Assembly (NCBI GenBank): GCA_964276515.1
Contig: OZ193910.1
Span: 2,604,001 to 2,668,000 of the forward strand
Reading direction: 5' to 3'
From: Gordius albopunctatus
Taxonomy: Eukaryota
DNA length: 64,000 nucleotides
Shown: positions 1 to 13,158 of the stretch, piece after piece
Layout: each line of letters starts with the position of its first letter
Position numbering within the stretch: the first letter of the stretch is position 1
Program-made: the position numbers and the translations under genes
The notes under the pieces: generated by a model
Told to the model about the DNA's origin: nothing
Seen by the model: the letters and a program-made list of their open reading frames with translations, nothing else
Database searches by the model: none

Positions 1-2366
1 CTTTTGGGTACTTTAGGTGGTCATTCAGCGATGGGGTGCTTGTACCGTTCATTTCCATGTATACCGTTTTTCGATCGTTGACCTTTAAACCATATCCAGC
101 TAAGCGCTTTGACCACTTTTCTGCATCTTCGAATACCTTCTCCCTTGTTTCCTCGCATAGTACTATATCATCGGCATATAGCATACACCATGGCGATGGC
201 ATTTGAAAGTCCCTCGTTATCGTGTCTATAATTATATTAAATAAAAAGGGACTTAAAGCAGAGCCTTGATGTAATCCAATATTAACCCGAAAAGGTTTAG
301 AGTCTCCAACTGTCGTCCTAACGCAAGAGTTTGAGGCTTCATAGATATTTTTCATAAGCCGTATATATGCGTCAGGGATATTTTGTTTCCTCAGGCACCA
401 CCATATTAAATCTCGAGGGACCGTGTCATAAGATTTCTCCAAGTCGATAAAAACCATATGTAGGTCTTTCCTCTTTTCACCATACTTATCCATCATTTGT
501 CTTAGGGCGAAGATTGGGTCGATTGTGGATTTGCCGGCCACGAATCCGAATTGATTAGCCGATATTTCCACCTCGTTTTTCAGCCTTGTTACTAAGATTC
601 TTTCCATAAGCTTCAAGGAGTGGCAAGTTAGCTTGATACCTCTGTAATTGCCGCAGTCCTAAGGGTCTCCTTTTCCTTTGAATAAGGGTATAATCTTGCT
701 TGCTCTCTATTGATTAGGGATTCGCTCTCCGAGCAATGCTTCCATAGGTATTCCATCTGGGCCATTTGCTTTTCCTTTTTGCATCTTGTTCATTTGTGTC
801 CTAACTTCATCCTTCTGAAAGAGTTCGACCATATTTATATTTGGCTCAATTTCGGGAAGGGAATCCTTGTCATTTGAAATATTCATAAGTTTCTTAAAAT
901 ATCCTTTCCACCTTTCCATCACTTCCTTCGGCTTGAATAAGGTTTGACCCTTCTCGCATATTTTAAAAACTCCGACATCTCGACTTTTCTTCTCCCTTAT
1001 CTTGGCCAATTTGTACATAAGCCTATCGCCCCCTTTATGATCCAGTTTGTTTGCCATCTCGGTGTACGCAGCATTCTTCGCTTTTGCAACGGCCTTTTTT
1101 GCGGCCCTCTTTGCGTCCCTGTACTCTTGATAATCCTCCGACTTTTTTGATTTATGCCACCGTCTATATAGATTTTTCTTTATTTCGATGAAATCTTTAA
1201 CCGATTGATCCCACCACCATAGTTCCCTATTCATAGCTTTACCTCCTTTGGTCTGTCCTAGAACACGAATCGCTGTTTCCTTAATGTCCTTAGATAGCGT
1301 CTCCCAATCTTCGTCTACGTCCCTTTGCAACTTCCTTGCACCGAAGAGTGAGGAGGCTTTTTGATGGTATTCTTCGTTCGTCGACGTATCCTTTAGCCTT
1401 TCGTATTGAATTCGAGGTTCATATACCTTTCTTCTTTCAGGAAATACTCTTCTGTCAAGGTCCATAACAAGGGGACGATGTTGCCTGGCGATTTCTTCTC
1501 CCGGTATTACTTTGCAATCCTTGATACTCCATAAGTCCTTTCGCCGTATAAGCAAATAGTCGATTTGACTAAAATGCTTCCCACTTCTATAGGTCACAAT
1601 ATGATCTTCGCGCTTTTAAAAATAGGTGTTAACGATCGTCATGTCATATGCTTGGGATACTTGGAGAAGTTTTTCCCCTTCTTTGTTCTTCAGACCATGC
1701 CCATAGCCTCCATGATTGCGTTCATACCCGAGGCGATCTTTCCCTACGTGAGCGTTGAAATCGGCCCCAATAATTAGCCTTTCTTCTTGCCGGATTCCTT
1801 GTATTTCCTTTTCCAATGATTCGAAGAATATGTCTTTCTCTGATTCCGAACACCCAATTTGGGGAGCATACGCGCACATAACGGTTAGGAGGCCCCCTTG
1901 ATCCGCAATCTTCACCCACATTAGCCTGTCGGAACAACGTTTGACTTCCACCACCTTGTCCTTGAATGATTCGCTTAGAACGATACCGACCCCGTTTCTA
2001 CGATTTGGTGACCCACTGTAGAAAAGCTTGTATCCTTCTCCTAATTCTTCTTTTTAACATCTGTGCGACCTCGATGCTCTTCCCCGTCAACGTTCCCACA
2101 TTCCAGCACGTAATTCGCATTCTTTCCACAACTAGTTTCCTTAACCGCCTTCGTTGTGAGTTAGGCAGTAACCCTAGTGTATTTTTCACATTGCACGGGC
2201 GGGGTATGCAGTGCGCGTCGTTTGTGGAGGACGCCCTAGCCTTTTCTTGTAAAATCTCGTTTGAAACTATCATAAATTTTGGAGTTGATTTTTATAGCCG
2301 GTTTCCGACCTGACGCCAACCCTCCACTTTTTGCACACGGACTTAGGACCGTCGTAGGTAGTGTTT
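1..2366 (-). mobile_element. RTE-clade non-LTR retrotransposon (APE endonuclease + reverse transcriptase), frameshifted, 5' end intact, running off the window at its 3' side
   Basis: APE motifs in successive minus-strand frames: WNVGTL, VMCAYAPQ, IGADFNAHVG, SQIDYLL. RT motifs in 1-700: NYRGIKL, QFGF, FIDLEKSYD, GLHQGSALSPFLF, LYADD. Homology with the copy at ~53.3 kb ends at ~2366. Confidence 0.93.
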
Positions 2367-2368
2367 AA
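2314..2368 (-). ncRNA. Twister ribozyme (P1-type) core at the 5' end of the RTE element
   Basis: Minus strand reads UA-AACACU-ACCUACG-ACGG-UCCUAAGU-CCGU-GUGCAAAA-AGUG-GAGGG-UUGGCG. This matches the twister layout: P2 CACU/AGUG, P4 ACGG/CCGU, loop 4 UCC(U)AAGU, T2 AC/GU, and L1 GAGGG. Confidence 0.8.
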
Positions 2369-3511
2369 TATAACCTTTACCCTATTAAAGTTAATAAGGT
2401 ATCAATAGCCAAAAAAAAATTCAACCAACCTAGATGCTTGAGAAAATGTAAGCATCTAACAGTTATTATATATCAAACAAAATCTCTAAAAATGACTAAA
2501 TAATTGTTTATATTATATAATTATTTAGGAAATGATTTTTTAACTAATGCATTGCAAAAATTTAATCACTGAATTTTTTGCAGCGATTTATCAATAAATT
2601 AAAAATATGAACATAGGCTTTATTAGTGTGTAATTATTCAATGATAAAAACAATAATAAATGGATTAAGTAATTATTTTGCTATATATAGTGGATGTCAC
2701 AATATAATATTTAAAATGAAATCCAAAAGTGACAAATTATAGACAAAAACAATATAATACATTATTTTAAAAACAAAATTGAGCCCAAATTGCCTGAATC
2801 CGAAAGTTAAAACTTAGAGTCGGACGGTCAGATTCGGAAAATGGGTAGGGCCGGGCATTTCAGGTCTCTTATAAGTATTTTATCTAAAGGGAAAAACGTG
2901 TTGCATTTGTAACACGTTTTACAAGTGTAATGCAATAGGTAAACCACGATTTTATATTACTAAGACTAGTGACACTAACTAATATACTTACAAATCGACT
3001 TTAATAAAAAGCGCATTACCTAAAATCTACTTTATTCAAATTCTACGCCTGATAAAAACATTTCAAGGACGCTGTAGTTCGTATGAGCGATAGCATAGAG
3101 AAAATGAGTAAGTTTAATCTAAAAATATTAATTCTATTAATTTTGGGAAAAATTTTGCTAAATTAACCAAATCATACCGTAAAAAATCATATTAAAACAT
3201 TTCTAACAGTCTATAATAATTGACAGATAGTAGGTGTCCTTATATACCGAGCTTCTAGTAAAGAGGACAGTAGCCATCTAAGGATTATATGTGCATAATA
3301 AAATAATGACTGATATCTGATTTTGAACAAAAACTAGAAGTAATTACGATAAAGCTATTAATTTTATACTAAAAGTTTTTAATTATATATTTTTACAATA
3401 GCAAAAACTAACTAGACTAAAAAAGTCTGGGGAATTCAGATAATAATTTTTTAATACTAACAAACAAATGTGTTTTCGTTAAGAAAGTGATTTATTTTTT
3501 TAAGCTTCAAA

Positions 3512-3529
3512 TCTCTTTTTCTATTTTCT
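3512..3529 (+). promoter_or_regulatory. Polypyrimidine (TCT/5'TOP-like) transcription start region of RPL39
   Basis: tctctttttctattttct lies ~60-75 nt upstream of the ribosomal-protein ATG. Confidence 0.5.
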
Positions 3530-3585
3530 GGCATTACTTTCTATCAAAGGCCTACGACCACATCAAATTTCCGATAAGCATTACG

Positions 3586-3871
3586 ATGGTAATAATAAAT
3601 GTTAACTTTCATATATCCAATTTTTCTTAAACATCTTAATGTCTTTTAATTATCTTAATATCTTGTTAATTATTTGTAGCCATCACATAAAAGTTTTAGA
3701 ATTAAACAAAAGTTGGCCAAGAAGCAAAAACAAAATAGGCCAATTCCTCAATGGATTAGGATGAAAACAGGCAATACGATAAGGTAGTTAGAATTTTTTT
3801 TCTCATAACAAAATATTTTTAGATATAATGCCAAAAGGCGCAATTGGAGAAAGACCAAATTGGGATTGTAA
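3586..3871 (+). CDS. RPL39: 60S ribosomal protein L39
   Basis: Exons 3586-3588 (ATG), 3680-3783 and 3823-3871, with GT-AG introns of 91 and 39 nt. Protein [51 protein letters not shown]. Confidence 0.97.
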
Positions 3872-4759
3872 TTTTTTTATTTATAATCTTGTAAAAGTTC
3901 ATAAATTCAGATGAATAAATACTTAAATAATTTATTATAATATAGGATACATTGTTATCTATTATATTTGATAATTTGTTTTTAAATTAACAATCTTGCT
4001 AAAAAATTTTATAAATCCCTTAAGAGTAGGGGCACCACTCATTTTATTCCATATTCACTTTTGAGAAAATTAAAGTTTAGAGTCTTTTAAATTTGGGTTT
4101 TGGCTCCTTTCACTGTATTAAATTCTGTCATTTCTAAATCACAATAAATCTTCATCAAATTTTTGTAATACTTTACTATACTAGGATAATTTTTGCTTTA
4201 CCTTGGCTATTTTATTTGTAAAGATATTTATATCAATTAAAGCAACCATTCAAATGTTTTTGATAATAATTATTTTTAATTATACAACTAATTGACTTGT
4301 TAATAGATAATAGATACTGTATTCCTTGTGAATTTGATTTTTGCAAGATTAATTTTGTGATTACAATTATATATTTGAGCTTTTATTTTATATATGAAGA
4401 AAAATATACACCATGATGTTAGATTTGTTTAAAATTTTCTGAGCAAACCTGGCCTGGTTTAATTATATAACTTAATTGACACCAGGCCCACCTGAACTCT
4501 ATTATATTTCTGCCATTTAATTCCTATTCATTAGATATTCCCAATTTTAGAAATAATTTTGTCATATTTTATAAAAAAAATAATTTTGATTTTATGGATA
4601 GGAACTATCTTAATACATATTATTCAATCAAATAGAAAGTGACAAGAAAAGCACTATTTAAAAAAATTTTTTTTTAACCCAAATTGCATGAATCTTACTA
4701 TAGTGGCAAGGTCGGGCAGTAGGCCTGGCTTTTTTGGTCTCTTATCTGTATAGACTATT

Positions 4760-5258
4760 TATGTGTGACACATGCTAAACTCACAACAGGATAAAAATTT
4801 TAGAAGGGATTATATCACGATGTTTATTGGTTTTGCGTGCTTCCGCTAGAGCTAGTGGGTCAGCTTTATTGTTAGATGGTGCAAATATGTTGATGCAGGT
4901 AAAGTCCCAAGATAGGAACCTACCAGTTCTGATGGTTCAAAAATAAAGGGAAGCCTGCTTTTAATAAAGCCGTTTGAATCAAAAGGTTGATCTTTTGATG
5001 ACGAATGAAACTTAATTTGTTAAGTTTACAATGTAAGGGGTGATGGGCCCAAACATCAATTTGTTTCTTACAATTTTTACAAGTCAATTGCTTGCAAATT
5101 GGGATCCCCAGTCTCAAGCCAATCGCGTAAGTAATTTCGGGGTTTGAGAGTAAGAGCCCAGAGAACTTGCTCGGAATGCATTTAAGCCATTCGTGACCAG
5201 AGTCAGTCGTTATTGACCTGAGATTGAAGTGCTGTACGGCGTCACAATTTAACAACAT
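4760..5258 (-). mobile_element. 3' fragment of a CRE/R2-like non-LTR element (zinc knuckle + restriction-like endonuclease), degenerate
   Basis: CxxC...HPLHC knuckle, RHQKIN...ALLKAG, then WDFTCINIFAPS. The same WDFT motif recurs in other copies in the window. Confidence 0.75.
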
Positions 5259-5793
5259 AGTTTAAATTAAAAATATAATAATGAATTTATTTGATAATGT
5301 TAGGATTATATTTTGCTGATAAAAAGTCGAATAAATGGGACCTAATTGTGATACATATGTGTATTTAAATTTGCTATCTTACAATGGGTATAATAAATTT
5401 TTAAGAGAAATGTCATCTTTACACAATATTTACTATTTTTTCCTCCGTTTCTCAACTCTAACTTTCATCATTATATATATTAAAATTAATTAAATTCTAA
5501 ATTTTTTTAAAATTATATCTATCTTCATTAAATGGTATACAAAAAATTACATACATGACAAATAATCATGCTAAATATTTTAGAGAAAGGCCAGCATAAA
5601 ATTCTTCCTTAATAAGCTTCAACACGCTTTTTTAAACCCACACTAGTGAAAGAATATTTTTTTTTTAATTAAAAATCTTTATTAGGTAAAATCTATAGAA
5701 AGAATACTGGTAGAAGAGCGAATTCCAAAACTGGATAGCAAGTAAGATTATACCCTTTTTCAAGTGTAAAGAAAACTCACGAGATCACTGGGT

Positions 5794-6010
5794 TTATGTA
5801 TGTATATTTGCCCCGAAGACATCTAGGGTTGAGCGCCTTCTCACGCCAAATGCCGCATAAGGCCACGTTATTGTTAACGTGTGTAGTGTTCCTGTAACAA
5901 ATGTTTTTATTATGCATTTTAAATATGTATTTGTCCTAATGGCATTCAAGAGCTTAGCTAATTCGGGATATCCCCCTATCTCTTGTTTTATTTTATTATT
6001 ATCCATACAT
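5794..6010 (-). mobile_element. LINE 3' end (ORF2 C-terminus, structured 3' UTR, (ATAC)n tail)
   Basis: The 3' ~110 nt is homologous to the TSD-flanked insert at 39376-39511. It ends in a short tandem-repeat tail. Confidence 0.55.
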
Positions 6011-6029
6011 CACAAAACATATGTAATTA

Positions 6030-7935
6030 TGTATAAAAGCGAGAAATTTTCACACTAGCGAGTGTCAATGGTTAAGTAAGACGCGAGAGACTTGATAAAA
6101 ATGGTAAAAAAGGGGTCGTGAGATATAGTGTGTTTCTTAGGAAGATTCACGGTCTTGATCGTTCTGCAACATAGAGTCCCATCTGACACCTACCTGATGT
6201 ATGTATAAGCCCCGATGACAAACGAGATCTTAGCTAAATCGGCAAGCTAAGATTGAGTCCCATCTGATACCATTGGTGGGTTACCTGTCCAGTTGTTAGT
6301 AGATTAGTTTGTTAGTATCTAGAGCGTAATTTATTATTGTGTTAGTAGCAGAAAGCATTAAAGGAAAAGCATATGCATGCATGCGACTACTAAAAGCGTA
6401 TGAATAATAAGGATACGATTCTCCCTTGAGACTCTAGTACGGGAACTAGAGGCTATCCATGGATTAGTAGTTTGGGCGTTGGACTAAGACTCAGGCCCAT
6501 GGTTATGTTAGTTTCGGAAGATAAGTCCTTTCTATCACGACAAAGAGTTCAACCCGAACTTTGTGGATCTCAGCTTGCTTAGGGCGTGTTTTCATTTTCA
6601 CAATTGTTGCCGAGGTACTTCACATTTGCTTTTGTTGATTTATGTGTCAAAGTCCGCCTCCGTTAGCATAGCAAAAAGGGGATACCAAAGGGAGAGGGAA
6701 TTAAGTAAAAACAATTATCCAGGTCATCTACAAGATGTCAATAAATTCGTTAAAAGCTAGTCCTTTTTGCCAAATAGTTAGGATCGATATAAACTGGCTG
6801 AGTCATTTATAAATAAAACCGTTATGGTAAGGGAGTGAGGGGAAAAAATTACACAATAGCGCTATCGATCCTAGATGCAAAGAGTTGAGCGTTAGATTAA
6901 AAGCGTGAGTGAAAGATTAAAAAAAATCACCTGTGGGTTTAGGTAGGGTGAATTCTACTATCCCCCACACTTGAGTACAAACATGAGTGATAAAAATGTG
7001 AAGTATTTGATATGCGAAGCGACGACCTAAGGTGTGTATAGGTGAAAGACCGCGCGCGTTAATGACAGAATCTTAAAGTATAGGTAGCGAGGATGTAAAG
7101 GAACTCTATCTTGAGATGGTGCGTAAATCTGAAAAATTTCGAAAAGCACGTACTTTGGAAGCGATTTCTTTATATGGTTATGCGTTTATGGAGTCAAGTG
7201 ATTTGTGCTGCTTCTATCCCGCCAACTTGATTTTCGTCATCTAGCCACGTATTGCAATCTATTAAATCGGTTAGCCATTGATTTTTGTTATCTAGGTATG
7301 TTTTCCAATCGATTCACTCGTCATCGGAGAAGGTCCCGCTTGCTGGGCGCTCCTGTGTGATGATAGAGGAGACTGGGTAGTGTTTAGGTGGTAGATAGGT
7401 CCTAATTGTGTAGTCTGTCGGGTTCCCGAAGACAGAAAGTCTGTCTCCGGATTCCCCTGGCTACGCAGTTTTGTTTCACCAAGGGCGTTTATTAATTTCA
7501 ATAAACTACACGTACTACATATGTCATATCAAAAAGCGTGTAATGGCGGCGAAAATTTAATAGAAAAGACAGCAAATAAGCAAAGGAGGGCAAATATGCG
7601 TTGAAACGTAAAAATGAAGCGAATGACAATAGCGAGGTGTGTCGTGTTTATATAGGGACGAGTCGAGTGCCTATTGAGATTTCTGTTCTGTTTTCCTCGT
7701 TTGATTCGCTGAGATTTTCGCCGTCCTAGAATCCTAAATCGATTTCGTTTTCGATATTTTCTTGATCGGGTATTTCTATGCCCTGAGGTATCATGTTGGC
7801 TTGGTACTGAGTATCTTTCAGGAGGTAACCATGTGCGCGAAGGTAGGTCCGCTGGGTTGTTTTCTGATGATACCCATCTCAGGTTGAAGTGCAATCGTAG
7901 GAGGTGCGAGAGATCGTATGCTGCTACAAAATGTG
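6030..7935 (-). mobile_element. Degenerate DIRS/Ngaro-like tyrosine-recombinase retrotransposon (RNase H end + decayed YR)
   Basis: LRWVSSENNPADLPSR is the typical DIRS RNase H C-terminus. Downstream WDSILACRFS*DL resembles the YR box I (R..D/EL). Many stops. Confidence 0.6.
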
Positions 7936-8277
7936 CTAAAGGCTGAGCAAGGTTAGGTGGTCCCCTTCGGTCTGGTGAAATTTAGCCTTCCTCTGGTCCG
8001 CCAACTGAAATTTTATCTTTGGCCGATAAAAGACGCTTTGGACGGATAGCATAGATACGATGGTAAGTATCTCGTCCGAGCAACCTAAATGTACCGACAT
8101 GATAAGCATTTTAGAGAGCTGAGGTTCGAGTTGAAATTCAGCCATCCTACGGTCTAGGCGGGTGAGTAAGCCTTCGTCATCTAAGGCGCTCAGGGAATTA
8201 AGTTGTTCCAAAGCCATGAGAAGCGCCTCCGTAGGCGGAGCATCCATGAAATCAAAATTGAGGAGGTCGTCAATGCT
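7936..8277 (-). pseudogene. DHX8: Intronless fragment of the DEAH-box splicing helicase DHX8/PRP22 (HA2 region)
   Basis: [86 protein letters not shown]...[21 protein letters not shown]. No flanking DHX8 exons are visible; it is truncated at both ends. Confidence 0.85.
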
Positions 8278-8559
8278 TTCTGTAATCAGCTGTTCCTAAT
8301 TTAACGTAAGAGATGAGATATATATTTACTTTAATAATGTTATTATTCTTATTACTTTGGAACAAATTCATATATAAATAACCACAATGGTTTTGAATAA
8401 AGCTCTATGCCCATCCTGTAATAGGAAATTATCATTGAACAAAAATAATTGTTTCTTATTTTTTTATGGTTAAAAAGTTTATTTTCACGAAACAAAGTTA
8501 CATAAATAAGCCAAATACAAAAATAGATAAGAAATATTAGTTAAATACAAAGATCTATA

Positions 8560-8850
8560 TCATTATCTTCTAAAATGGGTCATGAGTCGACAAAGGATAT
8601 AAAGTTGTATTGTACAACAAGAATCCCTAGTTTTTGCCTGAGTAGAAAAGACGCAGAAATTTTAGATTTTCGGTGAGCGTTTTCCGATTTATTTAAAAAA
8701 ACCCCCATTGCCTGTTTACCAAAGGAACCGGAGCACGAGGCAACGACAGGGATAAAAATATTAGATACCAAAAGGGCAGAGTACTTTGTAGTCTTACGGT
8801 CGTAATTAAAATGGGAAGGGGCAAATAGGTCAATACAAGTAAAATCCTAT
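8560..8850 (-). mobile_element. CRE-like RLE 3' fragment
   Basis: DFTCIDLFAPS, FIPVVASCSGSFGKQA and LRQKLGILVVQYN; paralogous to 11151-11600. Confidence 0.7.
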
Positions 8851-11050
8851 TTGAGACTGATACGATAGTGGTTGTATTTCACTACAACAATCTATTTGCT
8901 AAGTATTTTATTCAAATAATTAAGTATTTTTAGCACCCATCCAATTACATAATCAAATACAACATCTGATATCAACATCAAAACATGTGCACTAGGTATA
9001 TAGAACTAAACAATATTAATAATAATGTGTATATAAAATATTATAAAACATAACATTTCCCCTCGCCGTCTATTAGGACTAAATTTCTTCTATCAACCGT
9101 CTCGGGGGTTTTCTATTCCAGGTTGATTTCCTTTGACTGCTCTGACATTCTGGATATTCCACGTCAGAGGTCGGAGTTGATATGCAGTCGTCAGAACTCT
9201 CTTCAGTGTCCTCGGGCCTGTGGGTATCCATGGCACTCGAACGATCTCTCAACTGGTCACTATGTTTCCGCATGTTTTTACTTAGTGTTTCCACTTAAAA
9301 CGAACATGGGCCGTTGCGTTTTATTATCTTCCCCGTTCTCCAACCTTTATTAACTTCGTTTTTCACCCATACTAATTGGCCCGGAATGAATTCTCTATTC
9401 TCCGCCTGCGCCTCATGTCTTTTTTCCTGTTCATCAATTTTTTGTTCCATGAATTTCTTTTGAGTTGGACGTACCAAATCCATCGAAGTTTTAATATTTC
9501 TTCCTAGACGAATGTTCGCTGATGCGATAACTGGTCAGAACCTCAATCATGCATTCGTTCGGATCAGTATTGTATTCGCGTGCGGCAGCATAACGAGATT
9601 TCAAGGTCCTAATGGCTCTTTCGACAAGGCCATTGGTTTTGGGATGATAGGGAGTCGCTTTAATATGTTTGATCTGGTATTTATCGCAAAAACCTTTCAT
9701 TTCCTAGCTTCGAAACTGCGGCCCGTTGTCTGTCACTATTTGCTTAGGAACTCCCCACCTAGCAAATCAATCTCGCAGTTTCTTCAACGTAACTTCAATT
9801 GTCGAACTTCGTAGTAACTCCGATTCGATCCATTTGGAATAGGAATCTATCGCCACCAGCCAATAATAACCATCCACTGGCCCCGCATAATCTATGTGTA
9901 TCCTTTCCCATCGATTTTCTGTTATGTTCCAAGAATACAGGGGAACCTCAGGTCGATTACATCTATTCTTCTGACAACCGACACATTTCCGAACGTGTAT
10001 TTCGATATCTTTATCCAAGTGTGGCCAATATACGTATAACCTGGCGATGGATTTCATGGAGTTAATCCCTGGATGACCCCTATGAATAATAGTCAAAACT
10101 TGTTGCCTAAGCCGCGATGGAACCACTATCAATCCGTTAATGTAAATGACTCCCTTGTCATGTTCCATTTCATTCTTTCTATCGAAAAATACCTGCAGTT
10201 CCTTGCTAACCACATTTTTGTCCGTTGGCCAACCATTGTCTATAAATCTTTTTAATATTCTTAAGTTCGAATCATTATGTGACTCCCTAATTAACACTTC
10301 TTCTGTCAGGTGCAAATCTTGCAAATTAAGGAGACGGATATGATAAGTTGAATTACTTTTATAAAAATTGACTTTATCCGCATCCGACGCAAGTATCGGT
10401 AGGCGTGATAATGCATCTGCACATACATTCTCCTTGCCAGGAATGTATTCAATAGTATAGTTATAAGCAGACATCTTCCATGCCCACCTAACTAACCGAT
10501 TGTTGCTAATCTTTGGTAAATCTCGTGTGGCTCCAAATATTCTTTCCAGAGGTTTATGATCGGTCCTTAGAGTAAATCTAAGGCCTAGCAGGTATGTATG
10601 AAATTTTTCCATACCAAAAACTAAGGCTTTTGCTTCTCTGTCGATTGGTGAATATTGTTTCTCTCCATCAATTAGCGTTCTGGACGCATATGCGATTGGT
10701 CTTTTATTATTTTTAATTAAATGATAGAGTACAGCTACAAACCCCATTTCTGAAGCATCGCATTCAAGAATTAATGGAAGTTCATTCGAGTAGGGTACTA
10801 AGGTCGATTGGTCTGATAACAAAGCTTTGACCTTTTGGAAAACTGACTATTCCGTTTGAGACCACACCCATTTGGCTTTGATGCTCGTCAATTTGTGTAA
10901 TGGTGCCATTGTTAAGTTGAATGGTCGAGCTGGAACTTAGCAGGTTAATGCATGCAGGTATTATAGAAAAGGTAGACCCGGGGGTTAGCAAAATTACATG
11001 GAGCACTCCTATAGTAAATGTAAGGAAGAAAAATGGTGAATTGGTAGCTG
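8851..11050 (-). mobile_element. Ty3/Gypsy LTR retrotransposon remnant (RT end, RNase H, integrase, PPT, 3' LTR)
   Basis: CDASEMG, IAYASR, TDHKPL, ADALSRLP, HRGHPG...CVGC, IHIDYAGP and HPKTNGLVER. The PPT gcgaggggaaa is followed by tgttat at ~9055. An RT N-terminal piece (IIEKVD...WSTPIVNVRKKNG) is inverted at 10920-11050. Confidence 0.92.
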
Positions 11051-11150
11051 CAAATATGCATCTCGCATGTCGATCTTGGTATATAGGTATCCATTTCGAA
11101 GTTTTGCTGCGATATCGTCAAAAGTTGGAATGATATGATGATCATTATGA

Positions 11151-11680
11151 ATGAAAGGATTTAAAGTTACCTTGAAATCCGCGCAAATTCTTATTTCACC
11201 ATCCGATCCTTCTTTAGAAGGTAGAATGCGTCCCGAGGGAGCTTCTATGATCCTCTGGGAGGATGGTAAGTTCCTAGCTTGGGACTTTACCTGTATTGAT
11301 ATCTTCGCGCTAATTAATAATAATTATAACCCACTTTCTTGTGCCGAAGATCGTAAAGCACTCAAATACCGAGCCATCGCTGATTCTAAGATTTTTATTC
11401 CAATAGTAGCTCCCTGTTCGGCTACTTTTGGCAAAAAAGTATTAGCTTTTTTTAAATCGATAGGAAACAGATCCCCCAAAGCTAAATACTCACCCAGCTT
11501 TATTTTACGCCAAGAAATCGGCATTTTGATAGCTAAATATAATTACAAATCTTTATCTGACATATGGCCCGTGTTGGCTATTGACGAATGTGATGAATAA
11601 TTTTTTTTATTTATAATATTATTTTATGCTCATTTATTGTATATTTCATGTATCAATTTTACCGAATAAAAGCATTATAA
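11151..11680 (+). mobile_element. CRE-like non-LTR 3' fragment with RLE domain
   Basis: RMRPEG...WEDGKFLAWDFTCID...AEDRKALKY...FIPIVAPCSATFG (PD-(D/E)xK-like RLE signature). Confidence 0.8.
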
Positions 11681-11699
11681 CATTAAAAAAATGTATAGG

Positions 11700-12140
11700 A
11701 AGTAGTTTGAATACCCCCAGTACCTCTAGTATGGCGTTCTTCGGGGGTAATAGTTGTTCGATACTACCAGATGTTCGACGCGTATTCCAATCTCGTTATT
11801 ATCTCAGGTGAGTATGTGATGGAATAACCTATCTGTCCGCTATGTTAGAGGACTTTCTGACGTTTACTGTGAGACCCCATTTGTGATGGGTCGGAGTGCT
11901 TCCAGGTCCAATTGGACGTCCTCTGGTGTCAGGCCGTAGATCAGGACGTCAAATATATGTTTTTACACATCTTAACCGACTTGCTGACCAAATCTGAGAT
12001 TATCATCTGAAATACGTAGCCACTTTGTAACGATATTTCTTGTCTTTGAAGGTATAAGCCAGGAATTTCCTGACTGCTACGTTTTGGGGGAAGAGTAATA
12101 TCTAGAGAGATGTCAGGGATAGAGCTCTGCACGGAAATTT
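11700..12140 (-). mobile_element. Decayed LINE (Jockey/CR1/L2-type) RT fragment
   Basis: Frameshifted pieces DVQLDLEAL, WGLTVNVRKS and LEYASNIW. Confidence 0.5.
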
Positions 12141-12989
12141 TAACCCATTTAAAGTTTGAGAATAGGTCGAGGTCGTTTCGACCCCCACTTGGGTCCGGGT
12201 TGGGTTGAAGGTTATGAATTTTATAGTGCATAATAGATATATCTTTTAATTAGTGTCATTATATATAATATTTTAGAATTAATATTGAAATGTATGATTA
12301 ATTTATCTCATACATTCATTTAAATTAATTTCTTATAAGTTATTTCTGAATTTTAGGATTGCGCAATTTTGAACTCAGAAAGGTAGAATATCTTGATGGA
12401 TACTTTAAATTATGATAAATAAATAAATAATACCACAAAACTTATGATTTGTTGAACTCACATTTTTCTTTTTTAAATATTAATGTCTCAACTTGTTTTA
12501 ACGCCTAACATATACACTAGAATCAAATAAAATTATCATGATTATTTATTAAGCGAAGGGTTAAAATGTTGAAAAAACATTAATATACAAACATGATCAA
12601 AATAATAGAGTTAAAAAATCAAATTTTCTCCTTGATTTCTGCACAATATCGCCACAACCATTATTAGCCTTGAAATCAAAATTTCTTGTTAAAACAGACA
12701 GACATATATTAATTATCTGCACTTTATATGTGAGATTAATTAATAAATTGCGGGTTTGTTAATATTTTTAAAAAGATAATAATAACCCCATTTAGGAGTG
12801 CCACAATTAAAAGTATACTCTAATCAGGGCCATCTATAGTTAATTTTGATCAAGCATTAATTTCAGTATATATATCTCTATTTTTTTTAGAATGTGACGC
12901 AAAAATGATGGACATATAACGTTTTGTCTTTTTTGGGGAGATAATATTTTGTTGCCCATTTAAAAGGATTAAAATCATTTTTATATTAA

Positions 12990-13158
12990 TACCTATTTTT
13001 TACTTTCGGGTCGGATCGGGTTAGATTTAAAACGCTTTTGGGTCGGGTCTGGTTCGGGTTGAAAAATTTCAAACGCATTCGGGTCGGATTTGGGTTGAAA
13101 AAATTTAAATGCTTTCGGGTCGGGTTCGTGTGGAAAAAAGTGACTTTGCAAGGCTCTA
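12990..13158 (-). mobile_element. hAT-type MITE end with (GGGTC/GGGTT) subterminal repeats
   Basis: Repeated gggtcggatcgggtt units and a TAGAGCCTTGCA-type terminus like other hAT ends in the window. Confidence 0.5.

Noticed and set aside
2241..2366. HDV-like ribozyme at the RTE 5' end
   Set aside because: No nested double pseudoknot could be built; the twister consensus fits instead.
7936..8247. Functional DHX8 gene
   Set aside because: No helicase-core or C-terminal exons are nearby, and the fragment stops mid-domain at a transposon junction.
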